A stretch of DNA of 64,000 nucleotides from an uncultured Verrucomicrobiae bacterium. Lineage in GTDB: Bacteria > Verrucomicrobiota > Verrucomicrobiia > Chthoniobacterales > UBA10450. Where the stretch lies: assembly GCA_963834385.1 (NCBI GenBank), contig CAWIBO010000002.1:416001-480000 (forward strand). The letters are read 5' to 3'. Below, one piece after another: positions 50,240-62,022 of this stretch. The notes beneath the pieces are model-generated. The model was given only the letters and a program-made list of their open reading frames with translations, had not been told where the DNA came from and searched no databases. The position numbers and the translations under genes were made by a program. Positions within the stretch are counted from its first letter, which is position 1. Every line of letters begins with the position of its first letter.

Positions 50240-51721
50240 TTAGGGCACTTCAAAAACTTCCACCAGCCCAACCCCGCGCCCCCCGTTATACCCCCGCACA
50301 ATCACGGTGAAATTCCCCGCACCGAGCGAAGCGTAGATGGCCGCCTCCCGGGCGCGCGCCGGCGAAAGACCTCTGGCGGAAACCTGGCTCGCCTGAGGAT
50401 GGTCGGCCCAGTCGTCATTCGAAGTCACCAGGTTGCCGGCGCCATCCCGCAGTTCCATGGTCGGATCCGCCAGGGCGCCCGCCACGCCGTAATCGCTCAA
50501 TGACGGACCCACGGCCCGGACCACCACCGCCCGGGCCCCGGCGCCTTGCACAATAAAGCCGCCAATGATCGCGTCGTCCCCGGTCCCGACTTCCGCGCGG
50601 GTGGAGACGTTTGCGAGCTTCGTCTCGGGGTTGGACATCTCGTAGGCCTCCACCAGGGCCACGCCCACGCCGCTGTTCGCTCCGCGCAGGATCACCGTGT
50701 AACTCCCCTCGGCCAGGGTGGCGACAATGGCCGACTCCGAAGGATGGGTCGGGGCGAGCCCGCTGGCGCTGATCTCGGCCGCCTGCGCACCCTGCGCCCA
50801 GTCGTCGTTCGAGAGCATGGTGGCGCCGGCCGCGTTCTTCAATTCCATGGTGGGATCGGCCAGGGCTCCGGAAATCCCGGCGGCCGCGAGGGACGGTCCA
50901 ATCCCGCGCAGCATGATTTTCTTCGGGGCGGAACCGGAAACGATGAAGCCCCCAATGAGCACGTTGTCACCCGTGCCGGCCTTGACGCGGGTCGAGAGGT
51001 TCACCAGACGTCCGGGCACCGGAGTAGGCGAAGGCGTGGGGGTGGGCGTAGGCGCCGCCACTCCATAAATGTTCTGGGCGCCGTTGATGTCGTCCTGGGC
51101 CAGGTAAGCCCGGTCGCTCACGACCGAGTTCATGACGGCATCCACGTTCTGGCCGCGGTCATCGGGATGGTTCAGCCCGATTCCGTGCCCGACCTCATGC
51201 AGGAAAACGCGCCGAATATCGGCGATCGCATAACCATTGCTGCCGAATTGCAGCCGGCCACGGTAGGAATCGAAACTCTGTGCCGTGTTGAAAAGAATGT
51301 CCGCCTCGATGAGCGACGAGCCCTGCATCCGATAGTAGGTCACGGCGAGGGTGCCCCGCCCAAAGGATTGGCCGAAGACCGTGCTGGAAAAGACCACGGA
51401 ATTGACCCGGTCGCCGGAAGAGACAGGCGGGTTGGTATTGGTCGAGCCCACCATGCGGAGGCGCTGGATCCGCACATTCCACTCATCCAGGGCGGGCGTG
51501 ACCGCGGCGTCCCAGGAGGTGTTGCCATCCTGCAGGGTGCGGCCGGCCTGGCCCAGGCCCATCTGAAACGTGAGCACGGTATTGCTGGGCCAGGCGTAAC
51601 CACTGGTCACGTAGGCGTGCCCGGGGGCGGGGAACAGACAAAGGAGGGCGGTGGCGAAAAAGAACGCCTTGCGGAAGGGCAGCGCGGCGAGGGCGCTCCA
51701 GATCAGGCCGGGAAAACTCAT
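50240..51721 (-). CDS. Secreted matrixin-family (M10) metalloprotease with PT linker and tandem 'NISTRG' domains
   Basis: HEVGHGIGLNH, AVMNS, PTPTPTPSPTP, RLVNLSTR and KLANVSTR repeats. Confidence 0.9.
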   Translation of the reverse strand: MSFPGLIWSALAALPFRKAFFFATALLCLFPAPGHAYVTSGYAWPSNTVLTFQMGLGQAGRTLQDGNTSWDAAVTPALDEWNVRIQRLRMVGSTNTNPPVSSGDRVNSVVFSSTVFGQSFGRGTLAVTYYRMQGSSLIEADILFNTAQSFDSYRGRLQFGSNGYAIADIRRVFLHEVGHGIGLNHPDDRGQNVDAVMNSVVSDRAYLAQDDINGAQNIYGVAAPTPTPTPSPTPVPGRLVNLSTRVKAGTGDNVLIGGFIVSGSAPKKIMLRGIGPSLAAAGISGALADPTMELKNAAGATMLSNDDWAQGAQAAEISASGLAPTHPSESAIVATLAEGSYTVILRGANSGVGVALVEAYEMSNPETKLANVSTRAEVGTGDDAIIGGFIVQGAGARAVVVRAVGPSLSDYGVAGALADPTMELRDGAGNLVTSNDDWADHPQASQVSARGLSPARAREAAIYASLGAGNFTVIVRGYNGGRGVGLVEVFEVP

Positions 51722-51938
51722 ATAATTTCCATAAGCAGGTGCCGTGCGCACCCGGGAGGGTTCCCCGGATAATTTTGTTCCCGCCGGCCTCCGCGCAGGG
51801 AGCCACCCGGGCGAAAAATCCCCCTGCAACCCGTCAAGACACCCGGATCGGGGCCACGAATATGGCCAATTCTCAACCGTGCGGCGCAGGCGCGCCGAAG
51901 ATCGGGGAATCACCGGGGGAACGGGGGAAATCAGGCGC

Positions 51939-52403
51939 TCAGGGCACCAGGAATATTTTCCCGGTGTAGGGATCCTTCACCTTGCTCCCGGGAGAGTACC
52001 CGGTCACATCGACATAACCCCCCTTGGGATCATACGGGCTAAAGACGTAGCCCGCCTTGCCCGGCACCGGTTTGGCATACGGCAGGGAAGTCGTGGCCGG
52101 CGCGGAGGAAGATCGCGGAGGGGAAGCCGGCGTCCGGCGCGATGGGCTCGGCTGGCGGCGAGGAGGCGCGTCCCGTTCCGTCAGGCGACGGTCGGACGGG
52201 GGCGGCGGCGGAACATAATCGGTGTCGTATGTGGTGGTGGTCGTGGTTTGGGTCACGACCCGGTCGTCATCCGACGCCAGTCTTTCGCGGATGTAGCGGT
52301 TGGGCGTGTCGATGACGTGAAAGGCGCGCTGCCCCACCGTCCGCGCGGTTTCACAACCGCTCAGGAGAAGGGCTGCTGCCAGGATTGATCCGCCGCGTTT
52401 CAT
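51939..52403 (-). CDS. Lipoprotein with conserved 48-aa C-terminal domain (paralog of 20518-20934)
   Basis: Lipobox LSGC; LPYAKPVPGKAGYVFSPY...KDPYTGKIFLVP. Confidence 0.8.
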   Translation of the reverse strand: MKRGGSILAAALLLSGCETARTVGQRAFHVIDTPNRYIRERLASDDDRVVTQTTTTTTYDTDYVPPPPPSDRRLTERDAPPRRQPSPSRRTPASPPRSSSAPATTSLPYAKPVPGKAGYVFSPYDPKGGYVDVTGYSPGSKVKDPYTGKIFLVP

Positions 52404-52464
52404 CCCGGAGGCAATAGAGCATTCGCGCTTCATAAGGCAACCATCCGACGCGCCGGGCCGCCTC

Positions 52465-53490
52465 TTATTCGACCGCCTTCAAATCGGCAACGAATTGGTC
52501 GACCACCTCCGCGGTCACGGCCCAGGAGCACATCACCCGGTAGACATCAGGTTCAATGAACTTGTAGAAATGCCAGCCCCGGGCCCGCAGCGCCTCCGCC
52601 ACCCGTTCCTCAAGACGAAGAAAGAGGGCGCTTGCCTCGACCGGGAACACGATTGGCGCATGGGAAAGGCCGCGCACCCCCTCCGCCAGCCGGCGGGCCA
52701 TGGCATTGGCGTGGGCCGCGTTCTTCAGCCAGACGTTGTTCTCGAGCAGACCGACCCAGGGCGCCGCCATAAAACGCATCTTGGAGGCCAGCTGGCCTGC
52801 CTGCTTGGCGCGATAATCAAATTCCTCTGCCAGCGCGCGCTCGAAGAAAACCACCAGGTCGCCTGCGGCGGTGCCGTTCTTGGTCCCGCCAAAACAGAGC
52901 ACATCCACACCCGCCACGAGGCGGCCGGGGGCGCAGCCCAGCGCAGCGCAGGCGTTGGCGAAGCGGGCCCCGTCCATCTGCACCCGCAGGTTTTTCTGGC
53001 GGGCGTAATCGGCCAGGGCCCCCAGCTCTTCCTCGGTGTAGACGGTTCCGAGCTCGGTCGATTGCGTGATACTGAGAACGCCCGGCCGGGGCGAATGCAG
53101 CTCTCGTTGCCGCTTCCGCGCTTCCTCCAGGCGGCCCAGGTCCAGTTTCCCGAGCGCACCCGGCACCGGGATCACCTTGGAACCGCCGCTGAAAAATTCC
53201 GGCGCGCCACATTCGTCGCACTCGATATGGGCGAACTCATGACAAAGAATGCTGTGAAACGGACGCGCCAGCTGGGCCAGCGCGAGAGAGTTCGCCGCGG
53301 TGCCGTTGAAGACGAGGAAGACCTCGCAGTCCCGCTCGAAAATTTCGCGCACCAGCCGGCAGAGCTCCGTGGTCCAGCGGTCTTCCCCGTAGGAGGAACA
53401 CTCGCCTGCGTTGGCCTCGCGCAGTTTTTCCCAGGCCTCGGGACAGATCCCCGCGGTGTTATCGCTGGCCAGCTCGAAGCGTTCCTTCAT
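52465..53490 (-). CDS. ltaE: Low-specificity L-threonine aldolase
   Basis: ASDN, YGEDRWT, FNGTAAN, DECGAPE, MDGARFANA, FGGTKNG. Confidence 0.92.
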   Translation of the reverse strand: MKERFELASDNTAGICPEAWEKLREANAGECSSYGEDRWTTELCRLVREIFERDCEVFLVFNGTAANSLALAQLARPFHSILCHEFAHIECDECGAPEFFSGGSKVIPVPGALGKLDLGRLEEARKRQRELHSPRPGVLSITQSTELGTVYTEEELGALADYARQKNLRVQMDGARFANACAALGCAPGRLVAGVDVLCFGGTKNGTAAGDLVVFFERALAEEFDYRAKQAGQLASKMRFMAAPWVGLLENNVWLKNAAHANAMARRLAEGVRGLSHAPIVFPVEASALFLRLEERVAEALRARGWHFYKFIEPDVYRVMCSWAVTAEVVDQFVADLKAVE

Positions 53491-53865
53491 GCGCCTGCCT
53501 CCGTAAGCGCGCCGGCTCTTCTCCGCAAACGCGGAACCTGGCGAAACGATTTGCCTGGCGACGCCGAGCCGATCGGCCTCCGGCGCGCACCAGGCAAATC
53601 TTCTGCTTCCCTAACCCTATATGCGAACACGCCAGCAGACCGGGGCGACGGGAATTGCCGTTCCCGCGGGACGGAAAGAGGTTCCCCTGCAGTTGTCTGC
53701 ACCCTTCCCGGCCGTGCCCTCGATTCACTGCGCGGTCCAAGGATGATTCGGACGACCCGCGGGATTTGACCGTCTTTCACGTTAAATTCCTTCTTATTAT
53801 TTCCAGAATGCCCGGACGTATCTCGCCACGGTTGGCGAAGTGCGCAGCCCCGATTACTATCTGTC

Positions 53866-56800
53866 ATGAGTCATCTGCAGGCGGAGGTGGAGCGGCGCGG
53901 CGAACAAATTTTCGACCTGGTCGACCGCCACCCGGAGTCGATTTTCAGCAAGGCCGGCTTTTACCAGCGGATGATGGCGCTCTCCATGAAGGACGAGCAT
54001 TTCAAGGTGCAGATGTTCCGCTTTGTCGACGTCCTCGCCTCGCTCCGCCGTTCCGGCGACATCGTCCAGCATCTGGACGAATATTTTGCCGACATGAAGG
54101 ACGGCTTCGCGCCGATCGTGAAGACCGGCGTGCGCGCGGCCAAAATCGTGCCGTGGCTGAGCGCCTTTGTCCTGCGCAAGAACGTCAGCGGGATGGCGCG
54201 CCAGTTCATCGCCGGCCGGGACGGACGCGACGTGATCAAAACGCTGCGGCAACGCCGGGCCCAGAACATCGGCTTCACCGTCGACCTCCTCGGCGAAGCG
54301 GTCGTGAGCGAAAAGGAAACGGAGGAATACGCCGCCCGTTGCTATGAACTCCTCGAGACGCTCGCGGCGGAAACGCGCGGCTGGTCCGACCCCCTCGGGC
54401 GCCACGCCGAGCTTTTTCCGGTGGTCAATCTTTCCATCAAGATCTCAGCCCTTTACTCCCAGATGAACCCGGCCGACCCGGCTGACGCCATCGCGCACCT
54501 CGCTCCCCGGCTTCGTCCCCTCCTCCGGCGCGCACGCGACCTCGGCGCCTTTGTCAATTTCGACATGGAAAGCTACGCGCACAAAAACTCGACGCTCGAG
54601 CTGTTCCGCACCCTCTTCGCCGAGGACGAATTTCGCGACTGGCCGCACGCCGGCATCGTCATCCAGGCCTACCTGCGCGACGCCGAGCGCGACCTGCGCG
54701 ACCTGGTCGCCTGGGGCCGCCAGCGCGGCACGCGTTTCACCGTTCGCCTCGTCAAGGGGGCCTACTGGGATTACGAGAAGATCAGGGCCGGACAGAACGG
54801 CTGGCCCTGCCCGGTCTTCCTGCAGAAACCGGAAAGCGACGCCTGCTTCGAGGCCTGCACCCGCGTGTTGCTCGAGAACGAGGAGATCGTCACCGCCGCC
54901 TTCGGTTCCCACAACGTCCGTTCCATTGCCTACGCCCAGGCTCTCGCGGCCGAGCTCGGCCTCGAGAAAAGCCGGTTCGAGTTCCAGCTCCTTTACGGCA
55001 TGGCCGGCCCGATTAAACGCGCGCTCGTCGAGATGGGTTACCGGGTGCGCGAATACTGCCCGGTGGGCGAGCTGCTCCCCGGCATGGCCTACCTCGTCCG
55101 ACGCCTCCTCGAAAACACCTCGAACGAGGGGTTCCTGCGCGCCAAATTTTCCGAGAACGCCTCCGCCGTTCAGCTCCTGCGCGACCCGAATGAGCTGATC
55201 CGCTCCTCGGATAACGGTGCCGATGCCCTTCATCCCGCCGCGCGGGAACATAACGGGAGCCGCAACGGCGCCAGCCGCGAAACGCTCGCCGGCGACACCT
55301 ACGAAAACGCGCCCATGATCAACTTCGTCCACCCGCAAAACCAGGAACAGATGCGCACGGCCCTGCGCGAGGTTCGAAACCGCTTCGGCAAAAAATATCC
55401 GCTCGTGATCGGCGGCGAAAAACTTTCTCCCGGCGAATATCTCCCCTCCGTGAACCCCGGGCAGCCTTCCGAGGTTGTCGGCGAGGTCGCCGCCGGCGGG
55501 CTCAAGGAAGCGGAGCGCGCCGTGGCCGCGGCCCGTGCCGCCTGGCCGCGCTGGCGTGCCACCCCGTTCGAAAAACGCGCACAGCTTCTCGAACGCGTCG
55601 CCGCCGTCATGGAACGCCGCCGTTTCGAGCTTTGCGCCCTCGAGGTCTTTGAAGTGGGCAAGCCTTGGGCGGAAGCCGACGGCGACATCCGCGAGGCGAT
55701 GGATTTCTGCCTCTTTTATGCCCAGCAAATGCGCCTGATGGGCCGGCCCAGCCTGACCCAGCATGTGCCCGGCGAGGAGAGCTACCAGCACTACTGGCCG
55801 CGCGGCGTCGCCCTGGTCATTGCTCCCTGGAATTTCCCCGTCGCCATTCTTTGCGGCATGGTCTCGGCCGCGCTGGTCACGGGCAACACCGTCATCATGA
55901 AGCCGGCCGAGCAATCCGCCGTCTGCGGCGCGCTCCTCATGGAAATGTTCGAGGAAGCCGGTCTGCCTCCCGGCGTGCTCAATTTCCTGGCGGGGGACGG
56001 CGCCGTGGTCGGGGCCGCATCTCGTCGATCACCCCGGGATCGACTTGATCGCCTTCACCGGTTCACGCGAGGTCGGCCTGAACATCTGGGAGAGCGCGGG
56101 AAAAACGCGGGCCGGCCAGCTCGAGCTCAAGCGCGTTGTCTGCGAGATGGGCGGAAAAAACGCGGTCATTGTCGACTCGGACGCCGACCTCGACGAAACG
56201 ATCGTCGACACGGTTTACAGCGCCTTCGGTTACCAGGGCCAGAAATGTTCCGCCTGTTCCCGGCTCATCGTGCTGGAGGAAAATTACGATCGCGTTGTCG
56301 AGCGGCTGATCGCCGCCACCGCCAGCCTCCGCGTGGGCAACCCGGAGGAACCGGGCATCACCGTCGGACCGGTCATCGACGAAACCGCCTATCGCCGCAT
56401 CCTCAAGACGATCGAGGAAGGCAAATCGGAGGCCACCCTCGCCTACCAGGCCGCCGACATCCCCTCCCAAGGGTATTACATCCCGCCGACCATCTTCACC
56501 GATGTCCGGCCCGAGATGAAGCTGGCCCAACAGGAAATCTTTGGCCCGGTCCTCAGCGTCATCAAGGTGCGCGACCTGGACGAGGCAATCGAGGTGGCTA
56601 ACGGCACGCAGTACGCCCTCACCGCCGGCTTTTTCTCGCGCAGTCCCGCCAATATCGAGCGGGTCAAGGCGGCGCTCGTCGCTGGCAACGTTTATATCAA
56701 CCGCTCCTGCACCGGCGCCGTCGTCGGGCGTCATCCCTTTGGCGGTTTCAAGATGAGCGGCGGCGGGACCAAGGCCGGAGGCGGCGATTACCTGCTCAAC

Positions 56801-56893
56801 TTCGTCGTGCCCCGCGTGGTCACGGAAAACATCATGCGCCACGGCTTCGCGCCCGAATCCACCCCGCCTTCGCGCCCGGAATTCCGGGGCTGA
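53866..56893 (+). CDS. putA: Bifunctional proline dehydrogenase / P5C dehydrogenase; apparent +1 frameshift near 56016
   Basis: FRFVDV, DLLGE, DME, RLVKGAYWD, GSHN, YLVRRLLEN; PWNFP, FTGS, CEMGGKN, GQKCSAC, EIFGP, PFGG. Confidence 0.95.
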
Positions 56894-56900
56894 CGGCTGC

Positions 56901-57773
56901 TTATCTCGGCTCCCCGAGTTTTTTTAACGGCGCTTCGTTTCCGCTCAGCCAGCGCAGAATCGGCTCGATCGCGGCTGGCACGACATCGTTGTGCCCGGCC
57001 CCCGGAATTTCCACCAGGGTGACCATCCCGCTCTGGCCATTCGCCAGGGAACGGCTCATCGCCAGAGGGATCAGCTCATCTTCGGTGCCGTGAAAAATAA
57101 TGATCGTCGGCGGCGACGGCGCCCGGGCCAGCTCCGCCAGCCGGGCCCGGTTGTCGAAGTTTTCCGCCACCAGCCAGCCGAAAGGGCGCGCAAAAAGGTG
57201 GGCCGCCACCTCGCGCAGGCTGGTGAAGGGGGCGATGAGCAGGATCCGCCGCACCGGATGCCGGGTGGCAAAATCAAGAGCGGCCGCCGCCCCCAGCGAT
57301 TGCCCGGCCGCGTTCAGGGCCATGGCCCGGGAATCAATCCCGAGATGTTTCTCCAGCGCGGCCACCGCTCCCGCCGCCGCCGCCCGCGTGTTTTCGCGGC
57401 CGGCCCGGCCTTCTGAAAATCCGTATCCCGGATAATCCACCAGCAGGAAGGCCTGCGAGCGCAAGGCCTCGGCCCGGACGAGGTGGAGCCAGTCGAGGGC
57501 GGTGGAGGCGTTCCCGCTGAACATCACCCAGATCGGCGCGCCCTCCGACCGGTCGCGCGCCGGCACAAAAAAGGCGCTCTGGCGTCCGGCATTGGTGACA
57601 AACTCGAGTCGGATCCCCTTGCTCTCCTCCAGCAGCCGCGACTCCGCCGCTCCGTAACCGCGGGGATGATAGAGCAGCGCGTGCTGCCATGAAAAAAGGA
57701 TGCCCATGAATAAGACCACGCCGAGAACAACCAACGCCAGGAAACGCAGCCATCTCGGAATTCGCATGGTCAT
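56901..57773 (-). CDS. Alpha/beta hydrolase with N-terminal TM
   Basis: DYPGYG, GQSLG nucleophile, HGTEDELIP, GAGHND. Confidence 0.88.
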   Translation of the reverse strand: MTMRIPRWLRFLALVVLGVVLFMGILFSWQHALLYHPRGYGAAESRLLEESKGIRLEFVTNAGRQSAFFVPARDRSEGAPIWVMFSGNASTALDWLHLVRAEALRSQAFLLVDYPGYGFSEGRAGRENTRAAAAGAVAALEKHLGIDSRAMALNAAGQSLGAAAALDFATRHPVRRILLIAPFTSLREVAAHLFARPFGWLVAENFDNRARLAELARAPSPPTIIIFHGTEDELIPLAMSRSLANGQSGMVTLVEIPGAGHNDVVPAAIEPILRWLSGNEAPLKKLGEPR

Positions 57774-57952
57774 GAAACCGGTGTTGCCCGGAAATGGTCC
57801 GGGGCTGCATACGGCTCCCGGCTCCGTTCTCCCGGCGGCCGATTCCTTCCGACCATACCGGGTGAGACGCAGCCACGCACGCAGGATCAACCGGCCAGGG
57901 CGGCCCAGCGGAGAGAGCCTTGTCCGCACCGGCGGCACGCCTAAAGTCGTGG

Positions 57953-58678
57953 ATGCTTCATGTGGTCAGCACCCCGATCGGCAACCTGGCCGATATTTCC
58001 CAGCGGGCCATCGATACCCTGAGGGAAGCGGACGTCATCGCGGCGGAAGACACCCGGCATTCCGGGCTTCTTCTCCGGCATCTCGGTCTTTCCCGTCCCA
58101 TGGTCAGTTTCCATGAGCACAACGAGGCCATGCGGACCGCACAGCTGGTCGAACGCCTGGCCGCCGGCGAAAATGTCGCCCTCATCACCGATGCCGGCAT
58201 GCCCGGCCTGTCCGATCCAGGGGGCCGGCTCATCCGCGCCTGCGTCGAGCGAGCCCTGCCCCTCACCGTCATCCCCGGCGCCTCCGCCATCCTGACCGCC
58301 CTCGTCGGTTCGGGGTTTCCCATGGAACGCTTCGCCTTTCGCGGCTTTCTCCCGGTAAAAAGCGGCGGGAGGGAACGCGATCTTCGCGCCGCCGCCGCGG
58401 CGGACGAAACCGTGATTTTCTTCGAGTCGCCGCATCGGCTCATCAAGACACTCGCCGCCTGCGAGGTCATCATGCCGGACCGCCGCCTTTGCGTGGCCCG
58501 CGAGCTGACCAAAAAATTCGAGGAATACCGGCGGGGCACCGCGGCGGAGCTCCTGGCCCATTACCAGGCCCACCCGCCCAAGGGGGAAATCGTCCTCCTG
58601 GTCGCCCCTGCGGAAGCCGACAAGGCCAGGCGGTCGCGGACTCAGGTTTCCATTTGCCAAGCGGCGCCTTCCGTGTGA
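57953..58678 (+). CDS. rsmI: 16S rRNA C1402 2'-O-methyltransferase RsmI
   Basis: [49 protein letters not shown]. Confidence 0.96.
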   Translation: MLHVVSTPIGNLADISQRAIDTLREADVIAAEDTRHSGLLLRHLGLSRPMVSFHEHNEAMRTAQLVERLAAGENVALITDAGMPGLSDPGGRLIRACVERALPLTVIPGASAILTALVGSGFPMERFAFRGFLPVKSGGRERDLRAAAAADETVIFFESPHRLIKTLAACEVIMPDRRLCVARELTKKFEEYRRGTAAELLAHYQAHPPKGEIVLLVAPAEADKARRSRTQVSICQAAPSV

Positions 58679-58721
58679 ATTTCCCCGTCCTTTTCCCCAG
58701 AAAAAGGGACCTCTTTTTAGT

Positions 58722-59075
58722 ATGGCTTACGCAATTATCAAAACCGGTGGCAGACAGTATCGCGTCGCAGAAGGCGATATCATTGATGTCGATTTCCTGA
58801 ACGGCGAAAACGGCAAGGAAGGCGTCTTCGCCGATGTCCTCATGCTCGGCGACGGCGAGAACGTGACCCATGGCACGCCGCTGGTTGAGGGAGCCACCGT
58901 CACGGGGGAAATCGTGGAGCAGCGCAAGGACAAGAAGGTCATCGCCTTCAAGTATCGCCGGCGAAAAGGCTATCACCGCACCGTCGGTCATCGCCGCAAG
59001 CTGACCCGGGTCAAGATCACCAGCATCGACCTCGGCGGCAGCAAGCCGGCCCGCGCGCGCAAGACCAAGGAATAG
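58722..59075 (+). CDS. rplU: 50S ribosomal protein L21
   Basis: [29 protein letters not shown]. Confidence 0.98.
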   Translation: MAYAIIKTGGRQYRVAEGDIIDVDFLNGENGKEGVFADVLMLGDGENVTHGTPLVEGATVTGEIVEQRKDKKVIAFKYRRRKGYHRTVGHRRKLTRVKITSIDLGGSKPARARKTKE

Positions 59076-59079
59076 TTTT

Positions 59080-59331
59080 ATGGCCCATAAAAAAGGACAG
59101 GGAAGTGTTAAGAACGGCCGCGACAGCGTCAGCAAGCGGCTGGGCGTGAAAAAATTCGGCAGCCAGGAGGTCGTGGCCGGCAACATCATTGTGCGGCAGC
59201 GCGGGACCAAGTTCGTCCCGGGCAAGAACGTCGGTCTCGGGCGCGATTACACCATTTTTGCCCTGGTCGACGGCGCGGTGCGCTTCGATCGGGCCGGCCG
59301 CCGGGTCAACGTCGACCCGATCGGCGCCTGA
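59080..59331 (+). CDS. rpmA: 50S ribosomal protein L27
   Basis: [26 protein letters not shown]. Confidence 0.98.
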   Translation: MAHKKGQGSVKNGRDSVSKRLGVKKFGSQEVVAGNIIVRQRGTKFVPGKNVGLGRDYTIFALVDGAVRFDRAGRRVNVDPIGA

Positions 59332-59416
59332 AGCGCAGGGCCAGACCGGGTCCGGGGTGCGATCAGCATGTAAGACCCCGTTCCGGCGGTTGCGACGGCG
59401 ATAAAACAGGACGCCC

Positions 59417-60029
59417 ATGAAATACAAGACCTACCTCCTCTTTGGACCGCCCGGGAGCGGCAAAGGCACCCAGGGAAAAACGCTCGGGCAGCATTCCCCG
59501 CTTTTTTCACTGCGCCTGCGGTGACGTTTTTCGCGCCATCGACACCCGCACCAAGGTCGGCCGCGCCTTCCTCGACTACTCGAGCCGCGGCCAGCTCGTG
59601 CCCGACGAAATCACGGTGGAACTTTGGAAGGCCCGCATCGACGCCGCCGTCGACGCCCACACCTTCAAGCCGGACATCGACACCCTCGTGCTCGACGGGA
59701 TTCCCCGGAACGTCGGGCAGGCGCGGATCATGGACGAACTCATCGACGTCGAGAAAGTCTTCCATCTTTCCTGCCCCGACCGGGAACAGCTTTATGTCCG
59801 CCTGAAAAAGCGGGCCCTGAAGGACAACCGCCTGGATGACGCCAACGAGGAGGTGATCCACAAGCGGCTCGCCATTTACGAGACCGAATCGAAACCGGTG
59901 CTGGGCCATTACGGACCCGGGCGCACCACCGTGGTCGACGCCACGCAGCCGCCCGCCCGCGTGCTCCTCGAAATCCTCATGAGCGTCAACGGGATGAAGA
60001 ACGGGCAGCATGAGCCAGCCGCAGTTTGA
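59417..60029 (+). CDS. adk: Adenylate kinase family protein (short, LID-less); apparent +1 frameshift near 59487
   Basis: MKYKTYLLFGPPGSGKGTQ in one frame joins CGDVFR, GQLVPD, LDGIPRNVGQA, RLDD, KRLAIY. Confidence 0.82.
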
Positions 60030-60255
60030 GAATTTCACCGCCTCCAGCCTCTATTGCGGCAAGTGCCAGGCGGCCATGCCCGTGCGGGAACGGCTTCTTC
60101 TCGTCCTGCCCGACAAGGAAATTTACGACTATCTCTGCACCGGCTGCGCGGCCTCCGTCGGCTCACGCGAGGTTACCGCGGGCGAGAAATTGATGGCCCA
60201 GGCCATGGCCGCGCCGCGCCCGCGCCGGCGTGTCCCCGCGCCCGGCTCATTGTAG
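60010..60255 (+). CDS. Small Cys4 zinc-ribbon protein
   Basis: CGKC-x23-CTGC; fills the gap between adk and fmt. Confidence 0.7.
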   Translation: MSQPQFENFTASSLYCGKCQAAMPVRERLLLVLPDKEIYDYLCTGCAASVGSREVTAGEKLMAQAMAAPRPRRRVPAPGSL

Positions 60256-60265
60256 GTTTCCGCCC

Positions 60266-61208
60266 ATGCGGATCCTTTTCCTCGGCACCGGCGCGATCGG
60301 TGTGCCCTCCTTCCATGCTCTCGCCCAGTCGCGCCACGAGCTTTGCGGTCTTGTCACCCAGCCGGACCGGCCGGCCGGCCGCGCCCAGGCATTGACCGAG
60401 CCGCCCATCAAGGAGGCCGCCCGTGCCGCCGGCGTGGCCCCCCTGCTGCAACCGGAGAAAATTCGAAACGAGGAAGCCGTCGCCTGGATCCGGGAACGAA
60501 ATCCCGAAGCCATCGTCGTTATGGCCTATGGACAGATTCTCCCTCCGTCCGTCCTGAAGATCCCCCCGCTCGGCTGCCTGAACCTGCACGCCTCGCTCCT
60601 GCCGCGGCATCGCGGCGCTTCCTGCATTCAGGCCGCCATCGGCGCCGGCGACGCCGAGACCGGAATCACGGTCATGTTCATGGATGAAGGTCTCGACACC
60701 GGGGACATCCTGCTCCAGGAACGCCTGGCAATCGCGCCCGGACGAAACGGGCGGCTCGCTGCACGACCGGCTCGCTGACCTCGCACCCCCTCTCCTCCTG
60801 CAGGCGCTTGATCTGCTCGAGGCGGGCCAGGCGCCGCGCCAGCCGCAGCAGAACGAGCTGGCCACTTACGCCGGGAAACTGAGCCGCGAGGATGGCCGGA
60901 TCGACTGGAACGAAGAGCCCGCTTCGATTGAGCGGAAAATCCGCGCCTGGAACCCCTGGCCCGGCGCCTTCACCACCATCGAGGCCGAGGGCCGGCCGCC
61001 GGTGAAACTGAAAATCTTTCGAGCCCGCCTCGAACCCGGCGCGGCCCCGGGTCCCGGTCTGGCCGCCCCGGACGGTTCCCTGCGGGTGGGAGACCTGGTC
61101 CTGACCGAGGTGCAACTGGAGGGAAGGAAGCGGATGCCGGTCCCTGACCTTCTCCGTGGCGCCCCCTGGCTGGCTGCCGCCCGCCTCGCGGCGCCGGGCG
61201 CGCCCTGA
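60266..61208 (+). CDS. fmt: Methionyl-tRNA formyltransferase; apparent +1 frameshift near 60738
   Basis: [43 protein letters not shown]; then [25 protein letters not shown]. Confidence 0.95.
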
Positions 61209-61254
61209 GTTTTCCTTTGCCAAGGGGCCTCCCTTCTGGTTCATCATTCGCGCC

Positions 61255-61986
<732 letters not shown>

Positions 61987-62022
61987 TTGCGCCGTTCCTC
62001 CCGCAGGTTATGAACTCTAGCG

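Noticed and set aside
53630..53780. SRP RNA, 6S RNA or c-di-AMP riboswitch
   Set aside because: Fragments (GGGAAGG, GTGAATC, GGGGAACC) occur on the minus strand, but their order and pairing do not fit those families. Kept only as an unassigned candidate.
58654..58682. TTGCCA-type promoters upstream of rplU (also pyrH and the 28657 gene)
   Set aside because: The -35-like hexamer recurs, but the -10 boxes are too weak to call from sequence alone.
53866..61208. putA, adk and fmt as pseudogenes or programmed frameshifts
   Set aside because: Single indels with otherwise intact motifs and no slippery-site plus structure signature; sequencing error is the simpler explanation.
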